From positions 1 to 48,119 of the forward strand of contig DAOVGU010000137.1 in the NCBI GenBank assembly GCA_030672255.1: DNA of 48,119 nt. Direction: 5' to 3'. Positions 7,306-16,920 of this stretch are shown here, in pieces; positions within the stretch are counted from its first letter, which is position 1, and every line of letters starts with the position of its first letter. The DNA comes from a bacterium (lineage in GTDB: Bacteria > Ratteibacteria > UBA8468). The position numbers were made by a program, and so were the translations under genes. Under the pieces are notes generated by a model. That model saw only the letters and a program-made list of their open reading frames with translations, searched no databases and was not told where the DNA came from.

Positions 7306-7520
7306 AATTGTAGAAAGCGGTGTAGATAAAATATCTGAAGACCAACTTGCTAACATTGTAGGCAGCAACTTCCGCCACTATCCTATACGCTACCTTTAGT
7401 AGTAATATGCGTAATTAGCCCCTGATTAAATCAGGGGTCAAATTAATCTTGTAGCAAATATGCGGAGAGAGTTATCTTCTCTGAAATTACTGGCAGCAAC
7501 TATCAGTGTAGTTGGTGTGG
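7306..7520. repeat. mosaic of REP-like GTAG hairpins plus the CCCCTGATTAAATCAGGGG palindrome (7419-7437)
   Basis: ATTGTAG / GTGTAG / CTTGTAGCAAAT motifs are shared with 322-592. The palindrome variant is shared with nadC (10311-10329). Confidence 0.65.
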
Positions 7521-7750
7521 TAAGAGGTTTATCCGTAAAGAAGATTTAGAGGACCACAAAACTGCAGTGAACTACCGGGGGTGCCAAGAAGAGATATTTA
7601 AGTGATGGGAAAGGGATAGAAATTAGGTATTAATTAACTTTTCGATCTTCAACACAACAATTTTTTTCATATAATTATCGTAATTTATTGTATGGAATTT
7701 CAAAGCGAACCTAAAAGCCTCGCTGACTTTCTCTTATTTTGTAAAGTGTA

Positions 7751-7779
7751 TTGCCAAGAAGTGAATTTTGGATTAATAT
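7751..7779 (+). promoter_or_regulatory. candidate uvrB promoter with a very short leader
   Basis: TTGCCA (7751-7756), a 17-nt spacer, then TAATAT (7774-7779). Only 9 nt separate it from the ATG at 7789. Confidence 0.35.
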
Positions 7780-7788
7780 CTTTAGGTA

Positions 7789-9795
7789 ATGAGTAGTAAT
7801 TTTAAACTTGTCTCTGATTATCAGCCTAAAGGGGACCAGCCAAAGGCAATCAATTCTCTTCTTGAAGGTCTAAAGAGAGATGAGAAGTTCCAGACCCTAT
7901 TGGGGGTTACCGGTAGCGGCAAAACCCTTACGATGGCTAATGTTATTGCCAAAGTTAACCGCCCCACCCTTGTTATCTCTCATAACAAGACGTTAGCCGC
8001 ACAACTCTATTCGGAATTCAAGGAATTCTTTCCGAATAACCGGGTGAGATACTTTGTCTCCTACTACGACTACTATCAACCGGAGGCCTATATACCTTCC
8101 ACCGATACCTATATTGAAAAGGATGCCTCAATCAATGATGATATTGACCGATTGAGACTGTCTGCCACCAGCGCCCTTCTCTCCTCTCGGGATGTCATCA
8201 TTGTTGCTTCGGTCTCCTGTATCTATCCTTTAGGCAGTCCTGAGGACCATCTTGCTTTGATGCTCAGATTGAAAAAAGGCCGGGAGGTTGGCAGAAGGGA
8301 GATTCTAAAGAGGTTGGTAGAGATTCAGTATGAAAGAAATGATTTAGATCTAACGCGAGGTAAATTTCGCGTAAGGGGAAATAACATTGAACTTATCCCG
8401 GCCTATGAAGAGGAAGGTATAAGGATTGAGCTCTCGGACACGCAGGTGGAAGAGTTAGATACCATTGATCCCTTAACCGGAAGAAGAAAAAGGAGGCTCG
8501 AGGAGATTGCCATTTATCCCGCCAAGCATTTTGTTACCACTAAAAGCAAATTAGAAAGAGCAATTTCCTCGATCAGAGAGGAATTAGCCGAGCAGTTAAA
8601 AAATTTAAAGAAGGAGAAGAAATTATTAGAGGCAGAAAGGTTAGAATCCCGCACAAAGTATGACTTAGAGATGCTCAAGGAGATCGGTTACTGCCATGGG
8701 ATGGAAAACTACTCCAGGCACTTCTCAGGAAGACTTCCCGGAGAAAGGCCCCAGGTACTCCTGGACTACTTTCCGGAAGATCTTCTACTTTTTATTGATG
8801 AATCACATGTCACCATTCCCCAACTTCGGGGAATGCATTTAGGGGACCGGTCCCGCAAGGAGACCTTGATTGAATATGGTTTCCGGCTTCCTTCTGCTTT
8901 AGACAATCGACCTTTAACCTATCAGGAGTTTGAGAGTTTAATCAAAAATGTTATCTTTGCCTCGGCTACCCCAAGTAGATTTGAAATAGGACTCTGTGGA
9001 GCCAAAAGATTAGGGGAGAAATCAAAAAAGATTGCCGAACAGATCATCCGGCCTACCGGACTTCTGGAGCCTCCGATTTTGCTGAGGTCAACCAAGGGGC
9101 AGATCGATGACCTCATAAAAGAGATCAAAGAGAGAGCGAAAAAGGGAGAGAGGGTACTGGTTATTACCCTTACCCGGCATATGGCCGAAGATTTAGCCGA
9201 CTATCTAAAGGAACTTGGCATAAAGGTTGAATATATTCATTATGAGGTAGATACAATCAAGAGGGTAGAGCTATTACGGAATTTAAGGGAGGCAAAGTTT
9301 GATGTTTTAGTTGGCATCAATCTTTTGCGGGAAGGATTGGATTTACCTGAGGTCAGTCTGGTGGCAATCCTTGATGCCGATAAGGAAGGTTTTCTTCGCT
9401 CGGAGACCTCTCTGATCCAGGTGGCAGGAAGAGCCGCCAGAAGTCTTAACGGGAAGGTCATTATGTATGCCGATAAAGTTACAAAATCGATGAGATTGGC
9501 GATCAATGAAACTAACCGCAGACGCAAAATCCAAGAGGATTATAATCAAAAGCACCATATTACTCCGGTTTCAATTAAGAAACCAATCTATAAAGGAATT
9601 GAAGAGATCATCAGAAGCAAAAAAACAACTGAGCGTCCTTTTCTCAGTGAAAAGGAAGAGAGGTATTTGGGCAAGGATCTCTCGGCGATCATCAAGAGAC
9701 TCCAGCGGCAGATGTTTACCGCCGCCAAAAACCTGGATTACGAGAAGGCCGCCGCCCTTCGCGACAGAATAAAGGAATTAAGGAATGAAAAATAG
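7789..9795 (+). CDS. uvrB: excinuclease ABC subunit B
   Basis: 668 aa. It has GVTGSGKT, helicase motifs, and the C-terminal UVR domain ([11 protein letters not shown]). Confidence 0.97.
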   Translation: MSSNFKLVSDYQPKGDQPKAINSLLEGLKRDEKFQTLLGVTGSGKTLTMANVIAKVNRPTLVISHNKTLAAQLYSEFKEFFPNNRVRYFVSYYDYYQPEAYIPSTDTYIEKDASINDDIDRLRLSATSALLSSRDVIIVASVSCIYPLGSPEDHLALMLRLKKGREVGRREILKRLVEIQYERNDLDLTRGKFRVRGNNIELIPAYEEEGIRIELSDTQVEELDTIDPLTGRRKRRLEEIAIYPAKHFVTTKSKLERAISSIREELAEQLKNLKKEKKLLEAERLESRTKYDLEMLKEIGYCHGMENYSRHFSGRLPGERPQVLLDYFPEDLLLFIDESHVTIPQLRGMHLGDRSRKETLIEYGFRLPSALDNRPLTYQEFESLIKNVIFASATPSRFEIGLCGAKRLGEKSKKIAEQIIRPTGLLEPPILLRSTKGQIDDLIKEIKERAKKGERVLVITLTRHMAEDLADYLKELGIKVEYIHYEVDTIKRVELLRNLREAKFDVLVGINLLREGLDLPEVSLVAILDADKEGFLRSETSLIQVAGRAARSLNGKVIMYADKVTKSMRLAINETNRRRKIQEDYNQKHHITPVSIKKPIYKGIEEIIRSKKTTERPFLSEKEERYLGKDLSAIIKRLQRQMFTAAKNLDYEKAAALRDRIKELRNEK

Positions 9796-10660
9796 GAAGG
9801 AAATAGAGGATTTAATCAAGAGAGCTCTTGCTGAGGATATTGGAGAAGGGGATACTACAACAAAAATCCTATTTCCTAAACCGAAAAGGGCAAAGGCAAT
9901 AATTTTAGCTAAAGAAAAGGGGATTATTGCCGGGCTTCCCATAGCGAAATTGGTTTTTAAGCTAATCGATAAAAAGATTAGATTTATTCCTCAGGTAAAG
10001 GAGGGAGAAAAGATTAAAGCTAATCAGATTATTGCTAAGGTAATCGGGAATTGCGCCGGCCTCCTCTCCGGAGAAAGAACAGCATTAAATTTCCTGTCCC
10101 ATCTTTCCGGAATTGCCACCTTAACCAATCTCTTTGTTAAAAAAGTAAAAAATAGAGTAAAGATTATGGATACCAGAAAGACAACTCCCAATTTAAGGCT
10201 ATTGGAGAAGTATGCGGTAAGAATTGGCGGAGGAAAGAATCATCGCTTTGGCCTTTTCGATGATATTTTAATCAAGGATAACCACATTAAAATCAAATAT
10301 CAAAAATCAACCCCTGATTTAATCAGGGGCAAAAATCAAGTGATTAAGGATTTAGTTATTAAGGCAAAAAAGAAAGCAAAAAAAATGAAGGTGGAGATTG
10401 AGGTCAGTAATTATCAAGAGGCAAAAGCGGCAATAACAGCAGGAGCGGATATCATTATGCTGGATAATATGAAACCGGAGAAAATTAGAAAAGTCGTGAA
10501 ACTTGCCAATAATTTACCAGAAAAACCAATTTTTGAGGTCTCCGGAGGAATAACTCTTAAGAGTATCAATCAATTTGCCTCTCTTGGAATTGACCGCATC
10601 TCCATCGGCTCTCTCACTCACTCCGCCCCCGCCCTGGATTTAGGGATGGAGATAATATGA
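9785..10660 (+). CDS. nadC: nicotinate-nucleotide pyrophosphorylase (carboxylating)
   Basis: 291 aa. Motifs are [33 protein letters not shown]. Confidence 0.93.
   Translation: MKNRKEIEDLIKRALAEDIGEGDTTTKILFPKPKRAKAIILAKEKGIIAGLPIAKLVFKLIDKKIRFIPQVKEGEKIKANQIIAKVIGNCAGLLSGERTALNFLSHLSGIATLTNLFVKKVKNRVKIMDTRKTTPNLRLLEKYAVRIGGGKNHRFGLFDDILIKDNHIKIKYQKSTPDLIRGKNQVIKDLVIKAKKKAKKMKVEIEVSNYQEAKAAITAGADIIMLDNMKPEKIRKVVKLANNLPEKPIFEVSGGITLKSINQFASLGIDRISIGSLTHSAPALDLGMEII
10311..10329. repeat. palindrome CCCCTGATTTAATCAGGGG (R2 variant), in frame in nadC
   Basis: Translated as (T)PDLIRG, within an extra segment between KDNHI and the KVEIEV strand. Confidence 0.8.
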
Positions 10661-11862
10661 ATGTGGCTTTAGTAACACTTGGATGTAAGGTCAACCAGTA
10701 TGAGAGCCAGATTTATCGGGAAAACTTTAAGAATAACGGCTTCGAAATAAGAGATTTTGGAGAGTCTTCCGATATTGTTCTCATTAATACCTGCGTGGTG
10801 ACAAAAAGGGCGGAAAAGGAATCAAGAAATTTAATTCATCGTTCCTTAAGAACCTCTCAGAAGGTCATTGTCACCGGCTGCTATGTGGAAAAGGACAATG
10901 AGACTCTAAAGGAAAAATTCCCTCAGATAGAAGTTGTTAAAAGAGAAAGGTTACTTAATAATGGCTATTTTAAGAAAAAGGTCAATAAAATCCATAATTT
11001 CTCGGGACATACGCGTGCTTTCATCAAGATTGAGGATGGTTGCGAAAAGTTCTGTAGTTACTGCATCATCCCTTATCTGCGCGGTCGCGTGAAAAACAGG
11101 AGTTCAAAAGAGGTTTTAGAGGAGATCGAAGGTTTAGTGGGAAATGATTATAAGGAATTTGTTCTCACTGGAGTTGATCTCGGTGCTTATGAAGGATTGG
11201 ACAATCTGCTTGCCGAAATAGAGAAAATCAAAGAAGTAAAGCGTATAAGGCTTTCTTCTCTGGAGCCTAAAGAGATTAGCAGCTCCTTGATTGACCTTTT
11301 AGGCTCAAATCAAAAATTCTGCCCTCATCTGCATATCCCTTTGCAGAGTGGGGATGATAGAATCTTAAGATTGATGAATCGGGACTATTCGCTCAAGGAT
11401 TATACGGCATTGATTGAAAAAATCAGGAAAAAGATTCCTGAAATCTGCTTTACCACCGATGTTATGGTCGGATTTCCCGGAGAAGACAGGGAAGCGTTCT
11501 CAAATACAGTTAGGACCATTAAGGAAATTGGCTTTTCTAAGGTCCATTGCTTTCGTTATTCCGCCCGGGAAAGAACAAAAGCGGCAAAATTAGCGAACCA
11601 AGTTAAGGAAGAGGAAAAGAGAGAAAGGGCAGAAGCTACCAGATTATCGGCTGAGGAGGTCTCCCGGAAGATAAAGAGAAACTTCCTGAGAAAGACCCTC
11701 TCTGTATTGGTTGAAGGGAAGAAAAGGAATGGGCATTTCTTTGGCTATTCGGAGCATTATCTTCCTGTTTTGATTGAAGAGGAAGTCGGTGTCAATCAGA
11801 TCATCAAAGTGCGAATAGGGAATTTAAAGGGAGATTGTTTAGTTGGCTCTATTCTTTGTTAA
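10657..11862 (+). CDS. mtaB: radical-SAM methylthiotransferase, MtaB-like
   Basis: 401 aa. It has the MTTase N-domain (LGCKVNQYES), radical-SAM CEKFCSYC, and a TRAM-like C-terminus. Confidence 0.85.
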   Translation: MNVALVTLGCKVNQYESQIYRENFKNNGFEIRDFGESSDIVLINTCVVTKRAEKESRNLIHRSLRTSQKVIVTGCYVEKDNETLKEKFPQIEVVKRERLLNNGYFKKKVNKIHNFSGHTRAFIKIEDGCEKFCSYCIIPYLRGRVKNRSSKEVLEEIEGLVGNDYKEFVLTGVDLGAYEGLDNLLAEIEKIKEVKRIRLSSLEPKEISSSLIDLLGSNQKFCPHLHIPLQSGDDRILRLMNRDYSLKDYTALIEKIRKKIPEICFTTDVMVGFPGEDREAFSNTVRTIKEIGFSKVHCFRYSARERTKAAKLANQVKEEEKRERAEATRLSAEEVSRKIKRNFLRKTLSVLVEGKKRNGHFFGYSEHYLPVLIEEEVGVNQIIKVRIGNLKGDCLVGSILC

Positions 11863-13045
11863 TCCTCACATATTCTTCTGTGAGGTCACAGCCAAAGGCG
11901 GTGCTCTGGGATTTACCTGAATAAAGATTTATCTCAATCTTTATTGCTTTCTTATTAAGGCTTTCCCGCAGTCTTTTTTCCTGATAATTCCGAATTTCCC
12001 CTTTGGAAAAGACCAGAATCCCATTTATAGACAGATCAAGCAGATTTGGATTTGCTCTTCCCCTTGCTCGGCCAAGAGCGGCCATGATTCTGCCCCAATT
12101 GGGAAAAGAACCGGCAATCGCTGCTTTTACCAAATTAGAACCGGCAACCATTTTTGCGATGCGGACTGCATCCTTCTGACACCAGGCTCCCTTGACTTTC
12201 ACCTCAATAACCTTGGTTGCTCCTTCCCCATCGGCAACAATCAGCTTTGCTAAGTCAAGGGAAATTTTATTTAAGGCAGAGGAAAATTTCAAAAAATTCT
12301 CAGTTCCCTTTCTGATTTTTCTGTTTCTCGCCTCTCCATTGGCTAAAATAATTGCCGAATCGTTGGTGCTCTCTTCATTATCTACGGTAATCCTGTTGAA
12401 GGAGTCTCTTACTGCTAAGATCAATGCTTCCCTTAAGGCTGCCGGTTCAATCAGCGCATCGGTAGTAAAGAAAGCAAGCATTGTGGCTAAATTTGGGCCA
12501 ATCATCCCCGCCCCTTTTGCTATTCCTCCAATTCTTACCTCCCTTTTCCCCTGGCCAAAGATTTTAGTGGCAATGGTTGCCTCCTTAATCTTTTTATCGG
12601 TGGTAAGAATTGCTTGTGCAGTCGAGTTGCTGGCTTCAGAGAGATGATTAACCAGGTTGGGAATTGCTCTTTTAATCTTAGTGATCGGTAAAAAAACACC
12701 GATTCTGCCGGTAGAGGCAAGGAGAATCTCCTCCTCTTTCAGGGAAAGAGATTTAGCGAGTGATTGAACAATAGCCTGGCTATCTCTAATCCCTTTCTTT
12801 CCCGTACAGGTATTGGCATTACCACTGATGATAAAAATTGCTCGGGCATTTGGCTTTTTTAAATGTTTAAGGTCAACAAGGATGGAGGCAGACTTTATCC
12901 TGTTTGTGGTGAAGAGACCAGCAGCAATTGCTCTTGAATCAGAATAGATAAGGGCGAGATCCTTTTTATTGTTTTTCTTTATTCCACAGGAAATCCCCGC
13001 CGCTTTGAAACCACGTGGATAAGTAACTCCCGAATTGCGATACAT
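11849..13045 (-). CDS. argJ: bifunctional glutamate N-acetyltransferase / amino-acid acetyltransferase
   Basis: 398 aa. It has the autoprocessing-site context PNLATMLAFFTTDA. Confidence 0.93.
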   Translation of the reverse strand: MYRNSGVTYPRGFKAAGISCGIKKNNKKDLALIYSDSRAIAAGLFTTNRIKSASILVDLKHLKKPNARAIFIISGNANTCTGKKGIRDSQAIVQSLAKSLSLKEEEILLASTGRIGVFLPITKIKRAIPNLVNHLSEASNSTAQAILTTDKKIKEATIATKIFGQGKREVRIGGIAKGAGMIGPNLATMLAFFTTDALIEPAALREALILAVRDSFNRITVDNEESTNDSAIILANGEARNRKIRKGTENFLKFSSALNKISLDLAKLIVADGEGATKVIEVKVKGAWCQKDAVRIAKMVAGSNLVKAAIAGSFPNWGRIMAALGRARGRANPNLLDLSINGILVFSKGEIRNYQEKRLRESLNKKAIKIEINLYSGKSQSTAFGCDLTEEYVRINKE

Positions 13046-13117
13046 CTTTGATACTCTTGTTTAATTACTCGCCATTGTGTCGCAAGCGAAGGAAAGCAAT
13101 GCTGGATATCATATCAA

Positions 13118-13137
13118 CCCCGTATTTAATACGGGGG
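13118..13137. repeat. R2 palindrome, intergenic
   Basis: CCCCGTATTTAATACGGGGG lies between ispD and argJ, nested between the ATTGTGTCG / CGACACAAT inverted repeats. Confidence 0.85.
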
Positions 13138-13153
13138 AGTAGGCCGACACAAT

Positions 13154-13861
13154 TCATGGTTGCCTCATCTTCAGGATTGCTCTAGCCAGGAGGAGGTCAT
13201 TTTTTGTAGTAATCTTAATATTACAAGGGTCCCCTTTAATGATCTTTGCTGAAATACCAATCCTCTCCACCAAAGAGGCCGAATCCGTTCCCAAAAAATG
13301 ATCCTTCTTTGCCCGGAAATAGGCCTTTTGAATAATTGAGGCTCTGAACCCCTGGGGCGTCTGAACCCTCCAGAAGGATCCTCTATTCTTTATTGTAGAT
13401 TTAATAAAAAAAGAACCTCTCACTTCCTTAATTGTATCGGAAATGGGAAGTCCAACAACAGCCGCTTTATACCTTTTTGCGGCTAAAGTTATCCTTCTAA
13501 TTAACCCTTTAGTAAGGAAGGGTCTGGCTCCATCATGAATAAGGATGAGATCGCAAAGAGAATTTATTCTCTTTAACCCTAAAGCAACGGAATCCTGCCG
13601 GCTCTTTCCTCCTGCAACTATCTCCTTAACCTTGGAGATGCGGTATTTTCTTACCAATCTCCTTGCCTCTGAAATCCTGCTCTCCTCCACTACCAAGATG
13701 ATATCATCAATAAAAGAGGAGGCTTCTAATGTAAGGAGGCTATAGGTAAGGAGAGGCTTTCCTTCGAGGAGGAAAAAGGGTTTATTAAGTTGATAATCAA
13801 GTCTTTTACCCTTTCCGGCTGCCGGCACAACCACTGTTACATAGGGGTCAGGTCTCAACAT
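13154..13861 (-). CDS. ispD: 2-C-methyl-D-erythritol 4-phosphate cytidylyltransferase
   Basis: 235 aa with VVPAAGKGKRL. The ATG and first six codons (MLRPDP) lie inside the R5 terminal repeat. Confidence 0.9.
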   Translation of the reverse strand: MLRPDPYVTVVVPAAGKGKRLDYQLNKPFFLLEGKPLLTYSLLTLEASSFIDDIILVVEESRISEARRLVRKYRISKVKEIVAGGKSRQDSVALGLKRINSLCDLILIHDGARPFLTKGLIRRITLAAKRYKAAVVGLPISDTIKEVRGSFFIKSTIKNRGSFWRVQTPQGFRASIIQKAYFRAKKDHFLGTDSASLVERIGISAKIIKGDPCNIKITTKNDLLLARAILKMRQP

Positions 13862-13976
13862 TTGACAAAACGTTTATAAGTTCAAGATTCATCTCAATTC
13901 AGTATTTTAATAGTAAAATAATTTAAAAAATCTCTAACTTCATCAGGGAAAGTGTCAAATGTTGAGACCTGACCCC
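13844..13976. mobile_element. MITE-like element with 24-bp TIR GGGGTCAGGTCTCAACATTTGACA (family R5)
   Basis: The left TIR is 13844-13867 and its reverse complement is 13953-13976, around an AT-rich core. A second copy lies at 40919-41004. Confidence 0.75.
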
Positions 13977-13981
13977 TTATC

Positions 13982-14956
13982 TTATTTTAATTCAGCAAAG
14001 ATCATTCTTCCACTTACCGTCTGGATGGTAGAGTTGATGGTTACATCTGTAGTTTTGCCCACAGCTTTCTTACCATTTTCCACCACGACCATTGTCCCAT
14101 CCTCGAGATAACCAACGCCCTGACTTTCCTCCTTTCCCTCCCTTATAACCTTCAGGCGAAGAGTTTCTCCGGCCAATAATTTCGGCTTTAAGACGGTAGC
14201 TAAGTTATTAAGATTGAGCACCTCAATATTTTGCACCTCGGCTACTTTAGTGAGATTGTAATCATTGGTCAGAAGTCTTGCATTCATCTCTGCGGTGAGC
14301 TTTACCAATTTGCTGTCCGTTCCAATTAATTCGGGAAAGTCCACCTCGTGAACCCGGACATCTAAGGAGGAATCTTTACGCATCTTGTCAAGCATTTCCA
14401 GCCCCCGGCGACCCTTCTGTCGCCTCAGGTCATTGCTGGAATCGGCAATCGTCTGTAGTTCCTGCATAATGAAGTTTGGAATGATCAAGATATAGGGTAA
14501 AAAACCAATTTTACAGATGTCATATAATCGACCATCGATGATTACGCTGGAGTCAGTGATCAAAATACCCTTACCTTTCTCCTTCTTTCCACCAAAATAG
14601 GGAAGAAGAAAGCCAAACTCCTTTGCCTGTCGCACCGCAATCATTATCCCTAAATAGCAAAAGACAAAATAGAGGCCAAACCTAATGTAAAGTTCGGCCT
14701 CCTTCTCTACCGGAATGAGAAGAAGGAAGTTACTAAGAAGGATAGCGACCACAAGTCCGCTGATTAAACCCAATGCTGCCAGCAACAGTTGCCGAGGAGA
14801 GACCATCTGGAGAAGCCTTTCTAATCCCACGATAATGATCGAGCCTCCAAAACCAAATAAAAGTCCACTGATAGAATTTGAGGTAATATAGTAGCCAGAA
14901 ATGGTGGAAAGGATTACAAAACAGATCCGGATTAAATTAAAACCCATATATTTCAC
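13982..14956 (-). CDS. membrane-anchored PIN + TRAM domain protein (YacL-like)
   Basis: 324 aa. It has N-terminal TM helices, a PIN core (ILITDSSVIIDGR), and a C-terminal TRAM beta-barrel. The yacL-ispD synteny matches Firmicutes. Confidence 0.75.
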   Translation of the reverse strand: MKYMGFNLIRICFVILSTISGYYITSNSISGLLFGFGGSIIIVGLERLLQMVSPRQLLLAALGLISGLVVAILLSNFLLLIPVEKEAELYIRFGLYFVFCYLGIMIAVRQAKEFGFLLPYFGGKKEKGKGILITDSSVIIDGRLYDICKIGFLPYILIIPNFIMQELQTIADSSNDLRRQKGRRGLEMLDKMRKDSSLDVRVHEVDFPELIGTDSKLVKLTAEMNARLLTNDYNLTKVAEVQNIEVLNLNNLATVLKPKLLAGETLRLKVIREGKEESQGVGYLEDGTMVVVENGKKAVGKTTDVTINSTIQTVSGRMIFAELK

Positions 14957-14960
14957 CCCC

Positions 14961-15989
14961 TTATTTTTCCCCTTTGGGTATCCTCAACAGCCTCCAGGGA
15001 TGTCTCTTAATCTCCTTCAGCAAACTCACAATCTCCCGATGCAACTCATCGGAGGCAATAAGTTTGCCAACCGTTCCTTCTTGATTTTCAATCCGGGAAG
15101 CAATCGTATTAACCTTAGAAACAATGGCATTAAACTCTGCGGTAGATTTGCGGAAACTTATGGCCGAAGCCTCTACCTCCTTCAATACCGACCTTAAATC
15201 GGAATAGAGTTTCTCATCCTTGGCTAATTTACCAAGGGTTGATTTCCCTTCCTCGGCTAACTTCAGAAATTTATTGACCCTTTCCGTAGTTTCCTTTAGG
15301 TTGGCTGCCACGAGTTTGCTATTGGTAATTGCCGCTTTGAGATCTTTTTTATTAGCCTCTAAAAGAGTCCGAAAAGCGGTGACTGAACCCTCAGTTTTTT
15401 CTGTTAAACTATTGATATTAGCTATCAATTCCTTTCCTCCTGTGGTAAGGGCTAAAAGATCTTTAAAGATCTTATTTAAGGAGATTTTCATCTCCTCATC
15501 GGCTAAAATATCATTGGCTGCGGCAAGAACCTGGGTAATATCCCGGATCATATCCTCTCCTAAATTGACCAATCTCTCCATGGGAATAGGATCGATCCCA
15601 TTGATAAGCTCCTTATCTCCAATTAAGGGGGTATCGGTAAGGGAGGTAGGCATAATCTCCGCATATCTATCTCCGACAAGGCCAAGGCTTCTGATGAGAA
15701 CCCGAGAACTCCTTCCTAATTTGACATCTTTCTTTAACCAGAGGGTAACAATTACCCTCGGCCTTTCTTCATATACTACCTCTATTTCCCTTACCTCACC
15801 AACCCGCACTCCACTTACCCTCACCGGCGCCCCCGGTTCGAGCCCGGAGACAAAATTGAAAGCAACCTTGACCTCATATCCTTCCTTCCTTAAGGTAAGA
15901 ATGCCCTTGGAAAATATGAATGCACCAAGAATAAGAAAAGCTAAAAGAAGAAAGACACCTACTCTCAATTCTAACGTTATCTTTTTCAT
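14961..15989 (-). CDS. mlaD: MlaD/MCE-domain lipid transport protein
   Basis: Start set at MKKITLELRVGVFLLL (ATG at 15987-15989). It has the MCE domain VAFNFVSGLEPGAPVRVSGVRVGEV and a long coiled-coil tail. Confidence 0.85.
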   Translation of the reverse strand: MKKITLELRVGVFLLLAFLILGAFIFSKGILTLRKEGYEVKVAFNFVSGLEPGAPVRVSGVRVGEVREIEVVYEERPRVIVTLWLKKDVKLGRSSRVLIRSLGLVGDRYAEIMPTSLTDTPLIGDKELINGIDPIPMERLVNLGEDMIRDITQVLAAANDILADEEMKISLNKIFKDLLALTTGGKELIANINSLTEKTEGSVTAFRTLLEANKKDLKAAITNSKLVAANLKETTERVNKFLKLAEEGKSTLGKLAKDEKLYSDLRSVLKEVEASAISFRKSTAEFNAIVSKVNTIASRIENQEGTVGKLIASDELHREIVSLLKEIKRHPWRLLRIPKGEK

Positions 15990-16200
15990 AGTATGTTCGG
16001 AGTATTTCTTCGGCGGCACGCCTCCAGAAATAGTCCTCTCATTAGTGTTTTAAATACAAAGGCGAGGAAAGTTTCTGTAGCGGCCTTGTTAGCGACGAAC
16101 GGGCACGGTGTCCTCGAAGAGGACGAGTGAGGAGCAACGAGAGCGAAGATTTCCTCGCTGGGGAAATCAAGCGTGCCGCCGAAGAAACTTTCCGAGCCTC
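15990..16200. mobile_element. junction TIR element (family R4) filling the mlaF-stop to mlaD-start gap exactly
   Basis: The 17-bp perfect inverted core is TTTCTTCGGCGGCACGC (16005-16021) / GCGTGCCGCCGAAGAAA (16171-16187). The termini touch TGA (16201-16203) and ATG (15987-15989). Confidence 0.75.
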
Positions 16201-16920
16201 TCATATTCTAAGGAATTCTTTGATAATTGGGTTATCCGTTTTTTGAATTTCCAAAGTAGTAAAGGGACCAATGATTTTGCCCTGATACAGCATCCCAATG
16301 CGATCGGCAATCTTATAGGCCGAATTCCTATCATGGGTAACGATAACTGAAGTCACAGAAAATTCGTTATGCAGGGAAAGAATAAGGTTATTTATCGCAT
16401 CGGCCATAATGGGATCTAAACCTGTAGTTGGCTCATCATAAAGCACAATTTCTGGATTGCTGATAAGGGCGCGGGCAAAGGCCACCCTCTTCTTCATTCC
16501 CCCGGAAAGCTGGCTTGGTTTCAACCCCTCGATGCCCTCCAAACCCACCATTTTTAGCAGATCTTCAACCCTTCTCCCTATTTCCCTTTCCTCTAATTCC
16601 ATATGCTCTTTGAGATAAAAAGCAACATTTTCTCCTATTGTGAGAGAGTCAAAAAGGGCATTACTCTGAAAGATGACTCCAAATCTCTTGCGGAATTTAT
16701 TCAACTCTCCTTCTTCAAGTTTAGTAATATTGGTGCCACCAATCGAAATCTCGCCCTCATCAGGTTTTATCAGTGCAAGAATGGTTTTTAAGAGGATGGT
16801 CTTACCACATCCGGTAGGACCAATAATCACTAAACTTTCCCCTTTTTTGACTTCTAAATTCAGATGGTCTAAAACCCTTTTTTCTTTAAAGAAGACAACA
16901 AGCTCCTTTATCTCAATCAT
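16201..16920 (-). CDS. mlaF: ABC transporter ATP-binding protein
   Basis: Start at MIEIKEL (ATG at 16918-16920). Motifs are Walker A GPTGCGKT, signature LSGGMKKR, Walker B IVLYDEP. Confidence 0.9.
   Translation of the reverse strand: MIEIKELVVFFKEKRVLDHLNLEVKKGESLVIIGPTGCGKTILLKTILALIKPDEGEISIGGTNITKLEEGELNKFRKRFGVIFQSNALFDSLTIGENVAFYLKEHMELEEREIGRRVEDLLKMVGLEGIEGLKPSQLSGGMKKRVAFARALISNPEIVLYDEPTTGLDPIMADAINNLILSLHNEFSVTSVIVTHDRNSAYKIADRIGMLYQGKIIGPFTTLEIQKTDNPIIKEFLRI

Noticed and set aside
7447-7605. C2H2-zinc-finger-like open frame (..YQCSWCGKRFIRKEDLEDHKTAVNYRGC..)
   Set aside because: It has no ATG/GTG/TTG start and no RBS. The second His of the finger is missing, and the frame is embedded in a repeat mosaic. 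It is probably a gene remnant or chance, though still worth a BLAST.
13844-13976. A functional outward promoter within the R5 element
   Set aside because: The TTGACA boxes are perfect, but I could not pair them with a convincing -10 hexamer at 16-18 nt spacing on either strand. This is kept only as a hypothesis inside the finding.
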